A stretch of DNA of 64,000 nt from an uncultured delta proteobacterium (GCA_963775425.1 CAVZJB010000014.1:96001-160000), one strand, 5' to 3'; shown: positions 29,063-39,717, counted from the stretch's first letter. Notes: generated by a model not told the origin, from the sequence alone. Program-made: numbers and translations.

Positions 29063-31153
29063 CTAGGCCACGAAGCCGACCTTCGCGCCGCCCTTGATGA
29101 AGCGCTGCTCCTCCTCGAGGCCGCCGGCGAGGTCGGCGCAGCGCGGGGCGTCGAGCAGCAGCCACGCCCGGCGGGCGACGGCGGCGAAGTGGCCGGCGCA
29201 CAGCCCGTTGAGCCGATCCAGGCGGTGCGCCGTGACGTCGTCGAGCGCGCCGTCGCCGGGGGCGCCGTCGCCGGGGGCGTCTGCGGCGCCCACGGCGCGG
29301 GCGAGCGTGGCGAAGAGGGAGCGGCGCTGGACCGGCGACAGCGGGTCGAAGCGCACCTTCACGTCGAACCGGCGAAACGCCGCGGCGTCGAGGGCGCCCA
29401 CGAGGTTGGTGGCGCAGGCGAAGACGCCGTCGAACGCCTCCATCTGCACCAGCAGCTCGTTGGTCTGCGTGAGCTCCCAGGAGCGCTCGGCGGCCGCGCG
29501 CTCGCGCAGGATGCCGTCGGCCTCGTCGACGAACAGCACCGCGTCCTCGTCACGCGCCTCGTCGAACATGGCGGCGATGTTCTGCTCGGTCTGCCCCACC
29601 CAGGGCGACAGCAGGTCGCTCATGCGCTTGATGATGATGCGCTTGTGCGCCCGTTCGGCCGCGTGCTTGATGAACGCGGTCTTGCCCGAGCCCGGCGGGC
29701 CGTACAGGCACACGCGCACCCCGCGGCCGCCGGCGATGGTGCGCGCGAGCTTGTCGAGGTCGACGCTGGCGTTGGCGTACGCCAGGTCATAGGGGAACGG
29801 CAGCGCAGGCGCCTGGGTGCGCTTGGGCCCCGCCACGATCTTGAGCGTGTTGTCGACGATGCGGTGCACGGTGCCCTCGACGTCGTCGATGCCGCCGAGC
29901 GACACCACCCGCGCCGCCCGCTCCACCACCGCCGGCGCCAGCCGCTCGTCCGCCGCCAGGAGCGCGCGCGCCCGCTCGCTCACGGGGAGGCCCTCGAGGT
30001 GTTGGTCCACGGCGCGCCGCCGGATGCGCTCCGGGGGCACGCGCATGGACAGCACGAGGTCGAAGCGGCGCAAGAGCGCGGGGTCGATGTGGTCGACATG
30101 GTTGGTGGTCCACAGCGCCGGCACCGGGTTCTCCTCGAGGGTGCGGACGAAGAACCCCTTGTCCTCGCGCGATTCGGCCACGCCCCACAGCGCGGCGAAG
30201 GCGTTGCGCGGCAGCACGTCCTCGATCTCGTCGAAGAGCACCGCGCCCCGCTCGCTGCTCGCGAGCAGGCGCTGGCAGAAGGCGTAGCTGCCGAGGCGGG
30301 CGAAGCCGATCTTTTCGTGATCGTCGGTGGCCACCGGCACCTCGCCGAGCGACGCCCCCGCGCCCTGCGCGATGAGCCGCGCGGTCTCGGTCTTCCCGGT
30401 GCCCGGCGGGCCGTACAACAGGATGTTCACGCCCGGCGTCTTCTTCTCGATGGCGCCGCGCATGAGGGCCACGGCGATGTCGACGTCGCGGCGCACGTGC
30501 TCCACGTCGTCGAGGGACAGCGCGCTGGGCTTCCCGTGCGTCACGAACGCGCGCATGGCGTCGTCCGCGGTCTTGGGCGGCCGCCGCAGCAGCGACTTGA
30601 GGCCCGTGTGCAGCATGAGCGCGCCTTCGCCGCGGAAGCCGTCGGTCTTGACGAGGTGGCAGCGCGCGAGCGTGCCCTTGCCGTCGAGGGCGAGGAGGAG
30701 CGTGTCGCCGGAGACGCCGATGATGGGGCCGGCGACGCGGGCGAAGCGCGCGAGGGTGCGCACGTGCTCCTGGAGGAGGTCGTTGAACACCGCTTCGTGC
30801 CAGTGCAGCAGCGCGAGCGCGAGCGTGTCGCGCTCGACGAGGGAGAGGTCGAGGGGGCCCCCGATGAGGTCGGCGATGCGGAAGGCGGCGCCGTCGCGCG
30901 GCGGCCGGTTCTTCTCGATCCGGCGGATCAGCCGCTCGATGTCCTTGAAGCGTGCGTCGAACCGCGTGCTGTCGTAGCTGGCCAGGCCGAGCTCGTCGCA
31001 GGCGTCGTCGTCGAGCCAGAAGCCGTTCCGGCCGCGGGCGGAGCGGCGCGCGACGCGCATCACCTCGCGCGCGGCGCGGGCGAGCCACAGCCGCGCGAGC
31101 GGGTCGAGGACCCCGCCGGCTTTCCGGGTCGGCTGTGTGCGCGTCGTCGTCAT
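29063..31153 (-). CDS. Tandem AAA+ ATPase
   Basis: Two modules: GPPGTGKT/FDEIE/LLRRFD and GPPGSGKT/VDEAD/FRRFD; C-terminal VGF; start uncertain. Confidence 0.9.
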   Translation of the reverse strand: MTTTRTQPTRKAGGVLDPLARLWLARAAREVMRVARRSARGRNGFWLDDDACDELGLASYDSTRFDARFKDIERLIRRIEKNRPPRDGAAFRIADLIGGPLDLSLVERDTLALALLHWHEAVFNDLLQEHVRTLARFARVAGPIIGVSGDTLLLALDGKGTLARCHLVKTDGFRGEGALMLHTGLKSLLRRPPKTADDAMRAFVTHGKPSALSLDDVEHVRRDVDIAVALMRGAIEKKTPGVNILLYGPPGTGKTETARLIAQGAGASLGEVPVATDDHEKIGFARLGSYAFCQRLLASSERGAVLFDEIEDVLPRNAFAALWGVAESREDKGFFVRTLEENPVPALWTTNHVDHIDPALLRRFDLVLSMRVPPERIRRRAVDQHLEGLPVSERARALLAADERLAPAVVERAARVVSLGGIDDVEGTVHRIVDNTLKIVAGPKRTQAPALPFPYDLAYANASVDLDKLARTIAGGRGVRVCLYGPPGSGKTAFIKHAAERAHKRIIIKRMSDLLSPWVGQTEQNIAAMFDEARDEDAVLFVDEADGILRERAAAERSWELTQTNELLVQMEAFDGVFACATNLVGALDAAAFRRFDVKVRFDPLSPVQRRSLFATLARAVGAADAPGDGAPGDGALDDVTAHRLDRLNGLCAGHFAAVARRAWLLLDAPRCADLAGGLEEEQRFIKGGAKVGFVA

Positions 31154-31340
31154 GGCGTGCAGGACGCTAACGATCGGGCGGGCATTCAGCACGGCCGTGA
31201 TCGTGGATCGGCGGTGGGACGCGGGGATCGGCCGAGCGCGCGCTCGTGCGATCCGGTTGCTAAGCTCACGGTTCGATGCCGCTCCGCACGCCTTCCCTCG
31301 CTGCGCTCGGTCAGAGTGCGCGCCTCCCGCCGGTCGGCAG

Positions 31341-32039
31341 ATGACGCGCGTCAACGGCTCCGGCGTCTCCACGCGCAACCCCTTCGGGCCCACCTGGGCC
31401 AAGGGGACCGAGAAGGCCGAGGGCCTCGGCCGCCAGGTGCAAAACGAGCTCTTCGGCAAGAAGAAGCCGCGGGAGCTCGACCCCGACGACGCCGACACCG
31501 CCGCGCTCATGGCGCGCTTGCACGCGTTTCGAAAGAAGCTCGCGCGCCTGGCCGGCGACGAGGAGGACGACTACTCGCTCACGCTCGCCGAGGGCACCAT
31601 CGCGATGATCGACGCCCAGGGGAAGATCTACGTGGGCAAGCGCTTCCTGTTGACGTCGTCGTTGGAGCTGCAGGTCGGCGTCATCGCCCACGAGATCGGG
31701 CACCGCCCGCGGCGCTGGGACGAGTACCGTCAGACCCAGCCGCGCACCAGGGACGAGCTGCACGAGCTGCTGCGCCTCGAGGAGACCTACGCCGACTTCT
31801 TCGCCGGCCGCGCGCTCGCGGAGCTCGGCATCCCCTGCGACCCCGTCTGCGATTTCCTGACGGCGCTCGACAACGCCGACGGCGAGCGCCCGCACCCCGA
31901 GTACTTCCCCGCCAAGCTGCGCTGCGAGGTCATCCGCGAGGGCTTCACCGACGGCAAGCGCAAGGCCGAGACGCGCAAGAAGATGTTCCCCGAGCTCGCC
32001 AAGCGGGTGAACGCCAAGCTCGACCTCGGCTCGGGTTGA
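31341..32039 (+). CDS. Putative M48-like zinc metallopeptidase
   Basis: VIAHEIGH, downstream EETYAD and HP......LR. Confidence 0.6.
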   Translation: MTRVNGSGVSTRNPFGPTWAKGTEKAEGLGRQVQNELFGKKKPRELDPDDADTAALMARLHAFRKKLARLAGDEEDDYSLTLAEGTIAMIDAQGKIYVGKRFLLTSSLELQVGVIAHEIGHRPRRWDEYRQTQPRTRDELHELLRLEETYADFFAGRALAELGIPCDPVCDFLTALDNADGERPHPEYFPAKLRCEVIREGFTDGKRKAETRKKMFPELAKRVNAKLDLGSG

Positions 32040-32048
32040 GCCGCGTGG

Positions 32049-33455
32049 TCACAGCCGGATGCGCTGTCCCGGCGTCGGCGCCGTCACCGACGCGTAGCCG
32101 CGCTTGTTCAGCTCGTCGGCGAGCGCGTCCTGCGCGGGTGGCTCGCCGTGCACGAGGATCACCTGGCGGAGCTTCCCGCGCTCGCGCACGGCGTCGATGA
32201 ACGACAAGAGCCCCGCCTGATCGGCGTGGGCGGAGAAGCCGTCGAGCACGACGACCTCGGCGCGCCGCGGGTGCATGAGGCCGAAGATCTTGACGTCGTT
32301 GCGCCGCTCGACGAGCCGGCGGCCGAGCGTGTGCTGCGCCTGGAAGCCGACGATGACGACGGTGTTCTTGGTGCCCTCGATGGTGGTGCGCAGGTGATGC
32401 AGCACGCGCCCGGCCTCGCACATGCCGCTGGCGGAGATGATGATGCATGGCTCGTCGCTGGCGTCGATGGCCTTGGAGTCCTCGACGCTCGAGACGTAGC
32501 GCAGCCCGTCGAAGTCGAAGGGCGAGTCTCCGCCTTGCAGCAGCTCGAAGGCCTCCTTGTCGTAGCAGTCGGGGTGGAGCTTGAAGACGTCGGTGAGCTT
32601 CACGGTGAGCGGTGAGTCCACGTACACGGGCATCGCCGGGATGCGCCCCGCGACCTTGAGCCGCTTGAGCTCGTAGACGACCTCCTGCGCGCGCTCGAGG
32701 GCGAACGACGGGATGACCACCTTGCCGCCGCGCGCGTGGGTGCGGTTGACGGCGTCGGCGAGCTGGTCGGAGGTCTCGGCGATGGGCCCGTGCAGCCGGT
32801 CGCCGTAGGTGCTCTCGGAGAGGAGCACTCTCACGCCGTCCGGCACCTCGGGATCGCGCAGGATGGGGAGGTGCTTTCGGCCGAGGTCGCCGGTGAAGGC
32901 GAAGCGGGTGCGCGCGCCGTCGTCGTCGATGTCCATGACGACGATGGCGCTGCCGAGGACGTGGCCGGCGTCGAGGAAGGTGAGCGTGATCCCGGGCGCG
33001 ACGGTGTGCGCGCGGTGGTAGGGCACTCCCACCATCAAGCCGAGCAGGCCGACGACGTCCTCGCGGGTGTACAGCGGCTCGACGGGCTCCATGTCGGCGT
33101 GCTCGCGCTCGATGAGCCGCGAAATGTGGTCGGCGTCGCTCTCCTGGATGGCCGCGGAGTCGTGCAGCATGGGCACGCACAGGTCGCGCGTGGCCGGGGT
33201 GGCGAACACCGGGCCGCGGTAGCCGCGCTGAAACAGGATGGGCAACGCACCCGAGTGATCGATGTGCGCGTGCGAGAGCACCACGGCGTCGAGCGCGGCG
33301 ACGTCGACGGGGAGCGACTTGTTGCGCTCGTTGGCCTCGCTCCTGTGCCCCTGGAACAGCCCGCAGTCGAGGAGCACCGTGGCGCGCGAGGTGCGCAGGA
33401 TGTGCTTGGAGCCGGTGACGGTGCGCGCGGCGCCGATGGGTTGGAGCTCGATCAT
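32049..33455 (-). CDS. MBL-fold beta-CASP ribonuclease
   Basis: VTGS, SHAHIDHSG, AGHVLGS, ESTYG, SASGM, FSAHAD. Confidence 0.93.
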   Translation of the reverse strand: MIELQPIGAARTVTGSKHILRTSRATVLLDCGLFQGHRSEANERNKSLPVDVAALDAVVLSHAHIDHSGALPILFQRGYRGPVFATPATRDLCVPMLHDSAAIQESDADHISRLIEREHADMEPVEPLYTREDVVGLLGLMVGVPYHRAHTVAPGITLTFLDAGHVLGSAIVVMDIDDDGARTRFAFTGDLGRKHLPILRDPEVPDGVRVLLSESTYGDRLHGPIAETSDQLADAVNRTHARGGKVVIPSFALERAQEVVYELKRLKVAGRIPAMPVYVDSPLTVKLTDVFKLHPDCYDKEAFELLQGGDSPFDFDGLRYVSSVEDSKAIDASDEPCIIISASGMCEAGRVLHHLRTTIEGTKNTVVIVGFQAQHTLGRRLVERRNDVKIFGLMHPRRAEVVVLDGFSAHADQAGLLSFIDAVRERGKLRQVILVHGEPPAQDALADELNKRGYASVTAPTPGQRIRL

Positions 33456-33829
33456 GCCGAGGAGAGTCGCACGATCTGGAAGCGCACGCGGCCGGCGTCG
33501 ACCGCGTCGCGGACGCGCCTCTCGCGGGACGACAACCTCGCCTTGCCGGTCTTCACCTCCACGAGGACGACCTCGACGTCGCCGTCGTCATTGAGCCCCT
33601 CGAAGACCACGTAGTCGACGGGGTGGCCGAGGAAGCGAGACTCGCTCGGGTCGAAGGGAAAACCGGAGGTGAGCGGGACGAGCTGCTCGGCGGCCTGGCC
33701 GAAGACAACCGCGCGGCTGTGCGCCACCGCCGCCCGGCGGAGCGTCGACGCACGGCGAAACAGCAGCGCGCCGACGACGAGCGTCGCCAGGAGCGCGCCC
33801 AGGCCGAACGGAGCCGCCCACGGTGGCAT
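33452..33829 (-). CDS. Membrane-anchored Holliday-junction-resolvase-like PD-(D/E)xK endonuclease
   Basis: G...EQL.P, RFLGHPVDYVVF.G, VEVKTG; N-terminal TM. Confidence 0.85.
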   Translation of the reverse strand: MPPWAAPFGLGALLATLVVGALLFRRASTLRRAAVAHSRAVVFGQAAEQLVPLTSGFPFDPSESRFLGHPVDYVVFEGLNDDGDVEVVLVEVKTGKARLSSRERRVRDAVDAGRVRFQIVRLSSA

Positions 33830-33952
33830 GGGCGGATCTTGGGCCGCGCTTGGAGCGCCGTCGAGCTTTTGGCTGCGCGCCCGGCGCGACGGGCCGGTAT
33901 CCGCAGATCGGCGGAGGACGGGGTGATTCGCAACGCGCATTCTGGGCGACCC

Positions 33953-34645
33953 ATGACCTACGTGCCGCGGAGCCCACGTCTCGCGACGCGGCTGCGCGCC
34001 GTCGTCGATGACGGCGCGCGGCGCGCGGAGGGGCCGGTGCGCAACATGTCGACGTCGGGGATGTTCGTCGAGACCGGCGCGCAGCTCGCCGTCGGCTGCC
34101 GCGTCGCGGTGGTGCCCCTCCTCGGCGAGCTCGACGGGCAGCGGCTGCCCGCGGAGATCGCGCGCGTCGGCGAGCGCGGCCTCGCGGTGCGCTTCCTCGG
34201 CCTCGATCCCGAGCAGCGCCGCCGGCTGCGCCACACCTTCTCGGGGGACGGCTTGAGCCCGCTGCTCGATCGCCCGCGGCGACCGTCGACGGCGCGCGGC
34301 CGCCCGCCCGCCATCCCCGACGACGCCCCGGTGTTCCTCCTCACCGAGGACGGCCCCGACACGCCCGTCCGCAGCTCGGAGATGCGCGCCGCCGTCGAGG
34401 AGCTCGAAGGGCAGCTCGTGGAGCTCGGCCGCCGAAACGGCGCCCTCATGGACGACAACGCGCGGCTCAAACGCGAGTCGGCTTCGCTGCTGGCGCGGCT
34501 CACGGTCTCGCAGTCGCTGCGGGGGCGCCTCGACGAGGAGCTCGACGAGGCCCGCGCCACCATCGAGGAGCTCGAGCGCGCCGAGGACGCCCTCGTGCGT
34601 CGCATCCAGGCCCTCGAGGAGCTCGTCCGGGGCAGGAGGCGCTGA
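33953..34645 (+). CDS. PilZ-domain coiled-coil protein
   Basis: RxxPR-like and NMSTSGMFV motifs, AVRF; C-terminal heptads. Confidence 0.85.
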   Translation: MTYVPRSPRLATRLRAVVDDGARRAEGPVRNMSTSGMFVETGAQLAVGCRVAVVPLLGELDGQRLPAEIARVGERGLAVRFLGLDPEQRRRLRHTFSGDGLSPLLDRPRRPSTARGRPPAIPDDAPVFLLTEDGPDTPVRSSEMRAAVEELEGQLVELGRRNGALMDDNARLKRESASLLARLTVSQSLRGRLDEELDEARATIEELERAEDALVRRIQALEELVRGRRR

Positions 34646-34686
34646 GCTCCGCCGCGCCGGGGCGTGGCGTGCAGTAGAGTAGAGCG

Positions 34687-37494
34687 ATGCTCGCGCTGCT
34701 CGTCCTCTTGTCGGCGGTGCCCGCCGAAGAGCGGCTCTACATCGCGAACGACGACCACACCGACTACGTCTGGACGCTCGACGAGGAAGGGTACCGCCAG
34801 GCCTTCCAGAACATGATCACGTTCTATCTCGACGAGGCGGAGCGCACGCAGGCAAACCCCGACAACGCGCGCGGCCGCTTCAACCTCGACGGCTCGCTCT
34901 GGGTCTACGAGTGGGAGAAGAACCAGCCGCCGGAGCAGATGGATCGGCTGATGAACCACGTCGCCGCCGGCGACATCTCGGTGCAGCTCCACTCGCTCGT
35001 CCTCCTCGGCGGCGCCATGCCCACCGAGGCCGTGCTGCGCGACATGATGTACGCGGGCAGCCTCGAGCGGCGCTACGGCGTCACCATCGACCTCGCCGTC
35101 ATGATGGAGAACCAGACGCTCGCCGGCGGCCTCGCCTCTTTGTGGGCCGGCGCCGGCGCGAAGTACTCGTGGCGCGGCATCTGCGACTGCGCCACGCGCA
35201 TCCCCGGGGCCGCGCAACGCGCGCGCGAGATCTATCGCTTCGCCGGCCACGACGGCCAGGGCGTGCTCATGAAGTGGAGCTCGCTCGTGAGCGACAACCG
35301 CAGCATCGGCGGCTACGCCGAGGCGTTCGACCCCGACGCGGCCGTCACCGTCATGGAGGACAACAGCGCCTACAACGGCGCGTGGCCGTACCCGGTGAAG
35401 GCGGCGTTCGGCCACGGCTGGGACGCCGCCGAGACGGAGACCGACGCCTTCGTCGACACCGCCCTCGCGCGCACCGACGCCGACCACACCGTCATCGTCA
35501 GCAACGAGGACGACTTCTTCCGTGACTTCGAGAGCACCGTCGACGTGGACCACGACGTCCCGCTCTTCGTCGGCGGGCACGGCAACGAGTGGGATCTCAA
35601 CACCGCCAGCCTCGCCGCCGTCACCGGCGACATGCGCCGGAGCATCGAGAAGCTGCGCACGGCGGAGGCGCTGGCCGCCATCGTCGCCAGCGCCGATCCC
35701 TCGTTCCTCCAGGGGCGCTTCGACGGCACCGACGAGGAGCGCGAGCTGGCGCAGCTCCACATGGGCATGTTCTACGACCACGACTGGACCGCGGACTCGC
35801 CCACGCTGCACGACGCGCGCGAGCAGTTCCAGCGCGACGCGGCGGCGCAGGTGAAGTCGTACGTCGACGGCCTCGCCGCCGACGGCCTCGCGCGGCTCGG
35901 CCAGCTCGTGCCCGCCGGCGACGGCGCGGACGGCAGCAGCATCTACGCCGTGGCCAACCCGCTGGCGCTGTTCAACACGGCGCTCGTGGAGCTGCCCGGC
36001 GTCGACGTGCCGTTTCAGGCCGTCGACGTCACCGGCGGCTTCGACGTGCCCTCACAGCTCGTGGTCGACGAGGACGGCACCACCCACGCCTTCGCCTTCG
36101 TGGCCGCGCCGCCGCTCGGCTATCACCTCGTGCGGGTGACGCCGCTGAACGGCGCGCCGCCGGCGCCCGATCTGTGCACGGTGGTCGACGAGCCGGACGG
36201 CGCAAAGACCCTCACCGACGGCCACGTGATCATCACGGTGGAGCCCGACGGCCGGCTGTCCTCGTTCGTCAACCTGCACGACGACAACGAGCTCGCGGGC
36301 GCGGGGCTGTTCACGTTCGAGGTGGACGGCGCGCAGGACGCCGCGGCCGGTGCCGCGGTGGTGCTCGAGGCCAACGGGCCCGCGCTGTGCCGCGCGCGCG
36401 TGGACGTGCCGTCGTCGCCGCCGCGCACCATCCGCTACACGCTGGCGGGCGAGGACCGCGTCGACGTGGACTCGGTGATCACCGGGGGGTTCTCGGGCAC
36501 CGTCGGGTATCGCGTGGACCTGTCGTCGTTGCCGGGGGCGGTGGTGCACCACGAGGAGGTGGGCATGCTCGCGCTCGCCAAGCGCATCGCCGACGGCGGC
36601 GACTACGCCGACGAGGACGCGCGCACGGACTTCCTCACGCTCAACCACTTCGTCGACGCGGGCAACGCGGTGTTCGGCTTCTCGGTGGCGTCGCTCGAGA
36701 GCGGCTTCATGAGGGTCGGCGACAGCACCGTCGACACCCTCGACGAGTCGCCCACGTCGCTCCTTCTCGTCGTGGGCATGCAGCTCGACCCTGGGCTCGG
36801 CTTCGCCGACCAGGGCGGCGACACGCGCTTTGTGAACCACTACGCGCTCGTGCCCCGTGACTACGGGTACACGGGCGACGAGGAGCTCACGCTCTCGCTC
36901 GAGGACGACAACCCGCCGGTGGCGGTGCTCGCCTCGGGGGCGCGGGATGCCCCGCTGTCCGACAGCTTCCGCATCCTCGTGAACGTGCGCGGCATGACGC
37001 CGTGGTGGGTGAAGCCGCCGGAGGACGGCGTCGCTGGCGACATCGTCGCGCGCGTATGGAACGGCTTCGACGCGCCCACCGACGTCACGCTGCGCGGCAG
37101 CTTCTCGGCGGCCTCGCGCGTCTCGCACATCGAGACGGAGCTCGCGGATCCGCCGCAGCCCGTGCTCGCCGGGGACGTGACGCAGACGCTCGCGCCCGAT
37201 CAGATAGCGACCTACCGCCTGACGCTCGCGGCGGACCCGGTGGACGGCGGCGTCGACGTCGACGGCGGCGTCGGCCTGGACGCCGGTCCCGTCGACGCGG
37301 ACGCGGGCGCCGGCGAAGACGCGGGCGCCGGCGTCGACGCGGGCCCCGGCGTCGACGGCCCCGGCGGCGCCGTCGGCTGCACCTGCAGGACGTCGTCGGT
37401 CGGCGCGTTGGCGTGGCCCGCGTGCGCGCTCGTCCTCGTGCGTGCCCTGCGCCGGCGGCGTCGTCGCGGCGCGCGCGCACGGCCATCCCCGTAG
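34687..37494 (+). CDS. Exported GH38-like glycoside hydrolase with MYXO-CTERM-like anchor
   Basis: DHTDYVW, YDHDW, C-terminal GCTC...hydrophobic...RRRRR. Confidence 0.7.
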   Translation: MLALLVLLSAVPAEERLYIANDDHTDYVWTLDEEGYRQAFQNMITFYLDEAERTQANPDNARGRFNLDGSLWVYEWEKNQPPEQMDRLMNHVAAGDISVQLHSLVLLGGAMPTEAVLRDMMYAGSLERRYGVTIDLAVMMENQTLAGGLASLWAGAGAKYSWRGICDCATRIPGAAQRAREIYRFAGHDGQGVLMKWSSLVSDNRSIGGYAEAFDPDAAVTVMEDNSAYNGAWPYPVKAAFGHGWDAAETETDAFVDTALARTDADHTVIVSNEDDFFRDFESTVDVDHDVPLFVGGHGNEWDLNTASLAAVTGDMRRSIEKLRTAEALAAIVASADPSFLQGRFDGTDEERELAQLHMGMFYDHDWTADSPTLHDAREQFQRDAAAQVKSYVDGLAADGLARLGQLVPAGDGADGSSIYAVANPLALFNTALVELPGVDVPFQAVDVTGGFDVPSQLVVDEDGTTHAFAFVAAPPLGYHLVRVTPLNGAPPAPDLCTVVDEPDGAKTLTDGHVIITVEPDGRLSSFVNLHDDNELAGAGLFTFEVDGAQDAAAGAAVVLEANGPALCRARVDVPSSPPRTIRYTLAGEDRVDVDSVITGGFSGTVGYRVDLSSLPGAVVHHEEVGMLALAKRIADGGDYADEDARTDFLTLNHFVDAGNAVFGFSVASLESGFMRVGDSTVDTLDESPTSLLLVVGMQLDPGLGFADQGGDTRFVNHYALVPRDYGYTGDEELTLSLEDDNPPVAVLASGARDAPLSDSFRILVNVRGMTPWWVKPPEDGVAGDIVARVWNGFDAPTDVTLRGSFSAASRVSHIETELADPPQPVLAGDVTQTLAPDQIATYRLTLAADPVDGGVDVDGGVGLDAGPVDADAGAGEDAGAGVDAGPGVDGPGGAVGCTCRTSSVGALAWPACALVLVRALRRRRRRGARARPSP

Positions 37495-37614
37495 CGTCCG
37501 CGCGCCGGCCGGCCGCACGCGGGCGGGCCCGCGGGGAGCGGACCCCGCACGTCGACGGTCAGCCAGGCGCGATCCGGACGTCGACGCGCGCGCACCGCGC
37601 TGATACGTCAGCGC

Positions 37615-38586
37615 ATGGTCTTCGGCGTGTGGAGCCACGTGCAGACGGCGACGGCGGCGTTCCCGCTCGCGCCGGGCCTCGCGCGCGGCGTGCGCACCGA
37701 AGCCGTGGAGATCCCCCTCGACGACGCCGAGGGCGCGCTCGTCGCCGTCGCCGAGTGGCAGCCGCGGGCGGCGCCCGTCATCGTCGTCATCCACGGCGTC
37801 GCCGGCTCCTCCGACGACGGCTACGTCGTGCGCGCCGCCCGCGCGCTCGGCCGCCGCGGCTGGCACGTGCTGCGCCTCAACCAACGTGGCAGCGGGCGCG
37901 GCGTCGGCCGCGCGGCGCGCCTGTACCACGCCGGCCTCGGCACCGACGTCGCCGTCGTGCGCCGCTTCCTCGAGGCGCGCGCAGACGTCACCACCGTCGG
38001 CGTGCTCGGCTTTTCGCTCGGCGGCCACGTCGCCCTCAGCCACGCCGCCGACACCGGCCGCGAGGCGGGCAAGCTGCGCGCCGTCGCCTCGGTGTCCGCG
38101 CCCGTCGACCTCGCCGAGACGCTGCGCCGCTTCGACCGCGACCGGCGCACGGCCGCGGCCTTCTACGAGCGGTTGATGGTGCGCTCGCTGGTCGCCGCCG
38201 CCCGCGCGCTGCACGCGCGCCAGCGCGCGGCCGGCGTGGATATGCCGTTTTCTCCGGCGGAGCTCGATCGCATCGTCGACATCCGCACTTTCGACGACGT
38301 CGTCACCTGTCGCTGCCACGGGTTCTCCGGCATCCCCGACTACCACGCGCGCGCCGCCGTCGGCCCGCGCCTGCCGCTCATCGAGGTCCCCACGCTCGTG
38401 CTCCACGCCGAAGACGATCCCATCGTCCCCGTCGCCGGCCTCCGCCGCGCCGATCGCTCGCGCGCCGTCGACGTCGTCATCGTGCCGCGCGGAGGGCACG
38501 TCGGCTTCGTCGAGTCCCCCGCGCAGCTCTTCGGCGCCACCGCCGCCGTCGCGCGCGCCATCGCCCACTTCGAGAGGCACTTGTGA
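37615..38586 (+). CDS. YheT-like alpha/beta hydrolase
   Basis: HGVAGS, GFSLGG, DDP, GGHVGF. Confidence 0.9.
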   Translation: MVFGVWSHVQTATAAFPLAPGLARGVRTEAVEIPLDDAEGALVAVAEWQPRAAPVIVVIHGVAGSSDDGYVVRAARALGRRGWHVLRLNQRGSGRGVGRAARLYHAGLGTDVAVVRRFLEARADVTTVGVLGFSLGGHVALSHAADTGREAGKLRAVASVSAPVDLAETLRRFDRDRRTAAAFYERLMVRSLVAAARALHARQRAAGVDMPFSPAELDRIVDIRTFDDVVTCRCHGFSGIPDYHARAAVGPRLPLIEVPTLVLHAEDDPIVPVAGLRRADRSRAVDVVIVPRGGHVGFVESPAQLFGATAAVARAIAHFERHL

Positions 38587-39326
38587 TGCAAAGCCCCCCC
38601 ACACCCTTCGCCGCCGCGCTCGTCGTCGCGCTCGCCTCGTCCTGCTCCGCGTGCGCCAGCCTCCCCAAGGGCACGAGCGGCGCCGCCGCCGACGCCCTCG
38701 CGCACAAGGCCGAGGCGTGGGTGAACAAGAAGGCCTGGGACGAGACCGGCGCGGTCAAGTTCAGCTTCCGCGGCAAGCGCGACCTGCTCTGGGACAAGCA
38801 GCGCGGGTTCCTCCTGCTGAAGATGGACGACGACCGGGTGTGGCTCGACCTCCAAAGCCGCGGCGGCTTCGCCGAGGAGAAGGGCAAGGACGTCGTGGAC
38901 GCCGCCGAGAAGAAGAAGCTCCTCGAGAAGGCCTGGTCGATCTTCTGCAACGACACCTTCTGGTTGAACCCCATCGCCAAGCTCTTCGATCAAGGCGTCG
39001 CGCGCGAGCTCGTCGACGTCGACGGCAAGCGCGCGCTCAAGGTCACCTACGGCTCCGGCGGCGTCACCCCCGGCGACAGCTACGTGTGGATGATCGACGA
39101 CGACGGCCGGCCCACGGCCGTGAAGATGTGGGTCAGCGTGCTGCCCATCAAGGGGATGCGGTTCTCGTGGGACGGCTGGACCACGCTGTCGACGGGCGCC
39201 AAGGTCGCCACCAAGCACGCGGGCGCGGGCATGGACCACGCCGTCGACCTCGAAGACGTCGCCGGCGCGGCCGACATCGCCGCCCTCGTCCCCGGCGACG
39301 ACCCGTTCGCCCGCCTGGTGCGCTGA
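38586..39326 (+). CDS. Hypothetical lipoprotein
   Basis: Signal peptide ending SAC; FCNDTFWL, GGVTPGD.Y; ATG overlaps the upstream stop. Confidence 0.8.
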   Translation: MQSPPTPFAAALVVALASSCSACASLPKGTSGAAADALAHKAEAWVNKKAWDETGAVKFSFRGKRDLLWDKQRGFLLLKMDDDRVWLDLQSRGGFAEEKGKDVVDAAEKKKLLEKAWSIFCNDTFWLNPIAKLFDQGVARELVDVDGKRALKVTYGSGGVTPGDSYVWMIDDDGRPTAVKMWVSVLPIKGMRFSWDGWTTLSTGAKVATKHAGAGMDHAVDLEDVAGAADIAALVPGDDPFARLVR

Positions 39327-39345
39327 GCGAGGCGCTGTGCGGCCG

Positions 39346-39519
39346 TCAGCGCCGCCCGCGGTACTCCATCATGTCCTGCATCTTGCTCTCGGCGGCCTCG
39401 GCGATCTCGCCTTCCTCTTCGATGCGCCCCTTGCAGTCCTCGCAGACCTTCTTGGTCTTGCCGCCGACCTTCACCGCGACGAGCTCCTCGACGTCCTCAC
39501 CGCACGACTTGCACTTCAC
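39346..39519 (-). CDS. 57-aa zinc-ribbon microprotein
   Basis: CKSC...CEDC, RBS GGAGG before GTG, strong codon bias. Confidence 0.75.
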   Translation of the reverse strand: MKCKSCGEDVEELVAVKVGGKTKKVCEDCKGRIEEEGEIAEAAESKMQDMMEYRGRR

Positions 39520-39717
39520 GGTCGACCTCCACCACCCGGCGCAGCGCGCAGCGTAGCCCCCCGCCGCGCGGTGTCGAGGGCGGAGTGCCCCGCTCCTGCG
39601 TGCGCGCGTCCCTGTCACACCGTGACGCACATCAACGCCACGCGAACAGCCGAGGCCCCTCGCGCGACGCGGCGGGCTTGCTCGACGTAGCCTGGAGCTT
39701 CCCTGTCGGAGGTCCCG

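Noticed and set aside
31262-31285. GGTTCGATGCC resembling a tRNA T-arm
   Set aside because: Only a 3-bp stem; no acceptor stem, D arm or anticodon arm.
39614-39626. GTCAC-N3-GTGAC palindrome upstream of the subtilase
   Set aside because: Short, single instance, and no adjacent regulator to assign it to.
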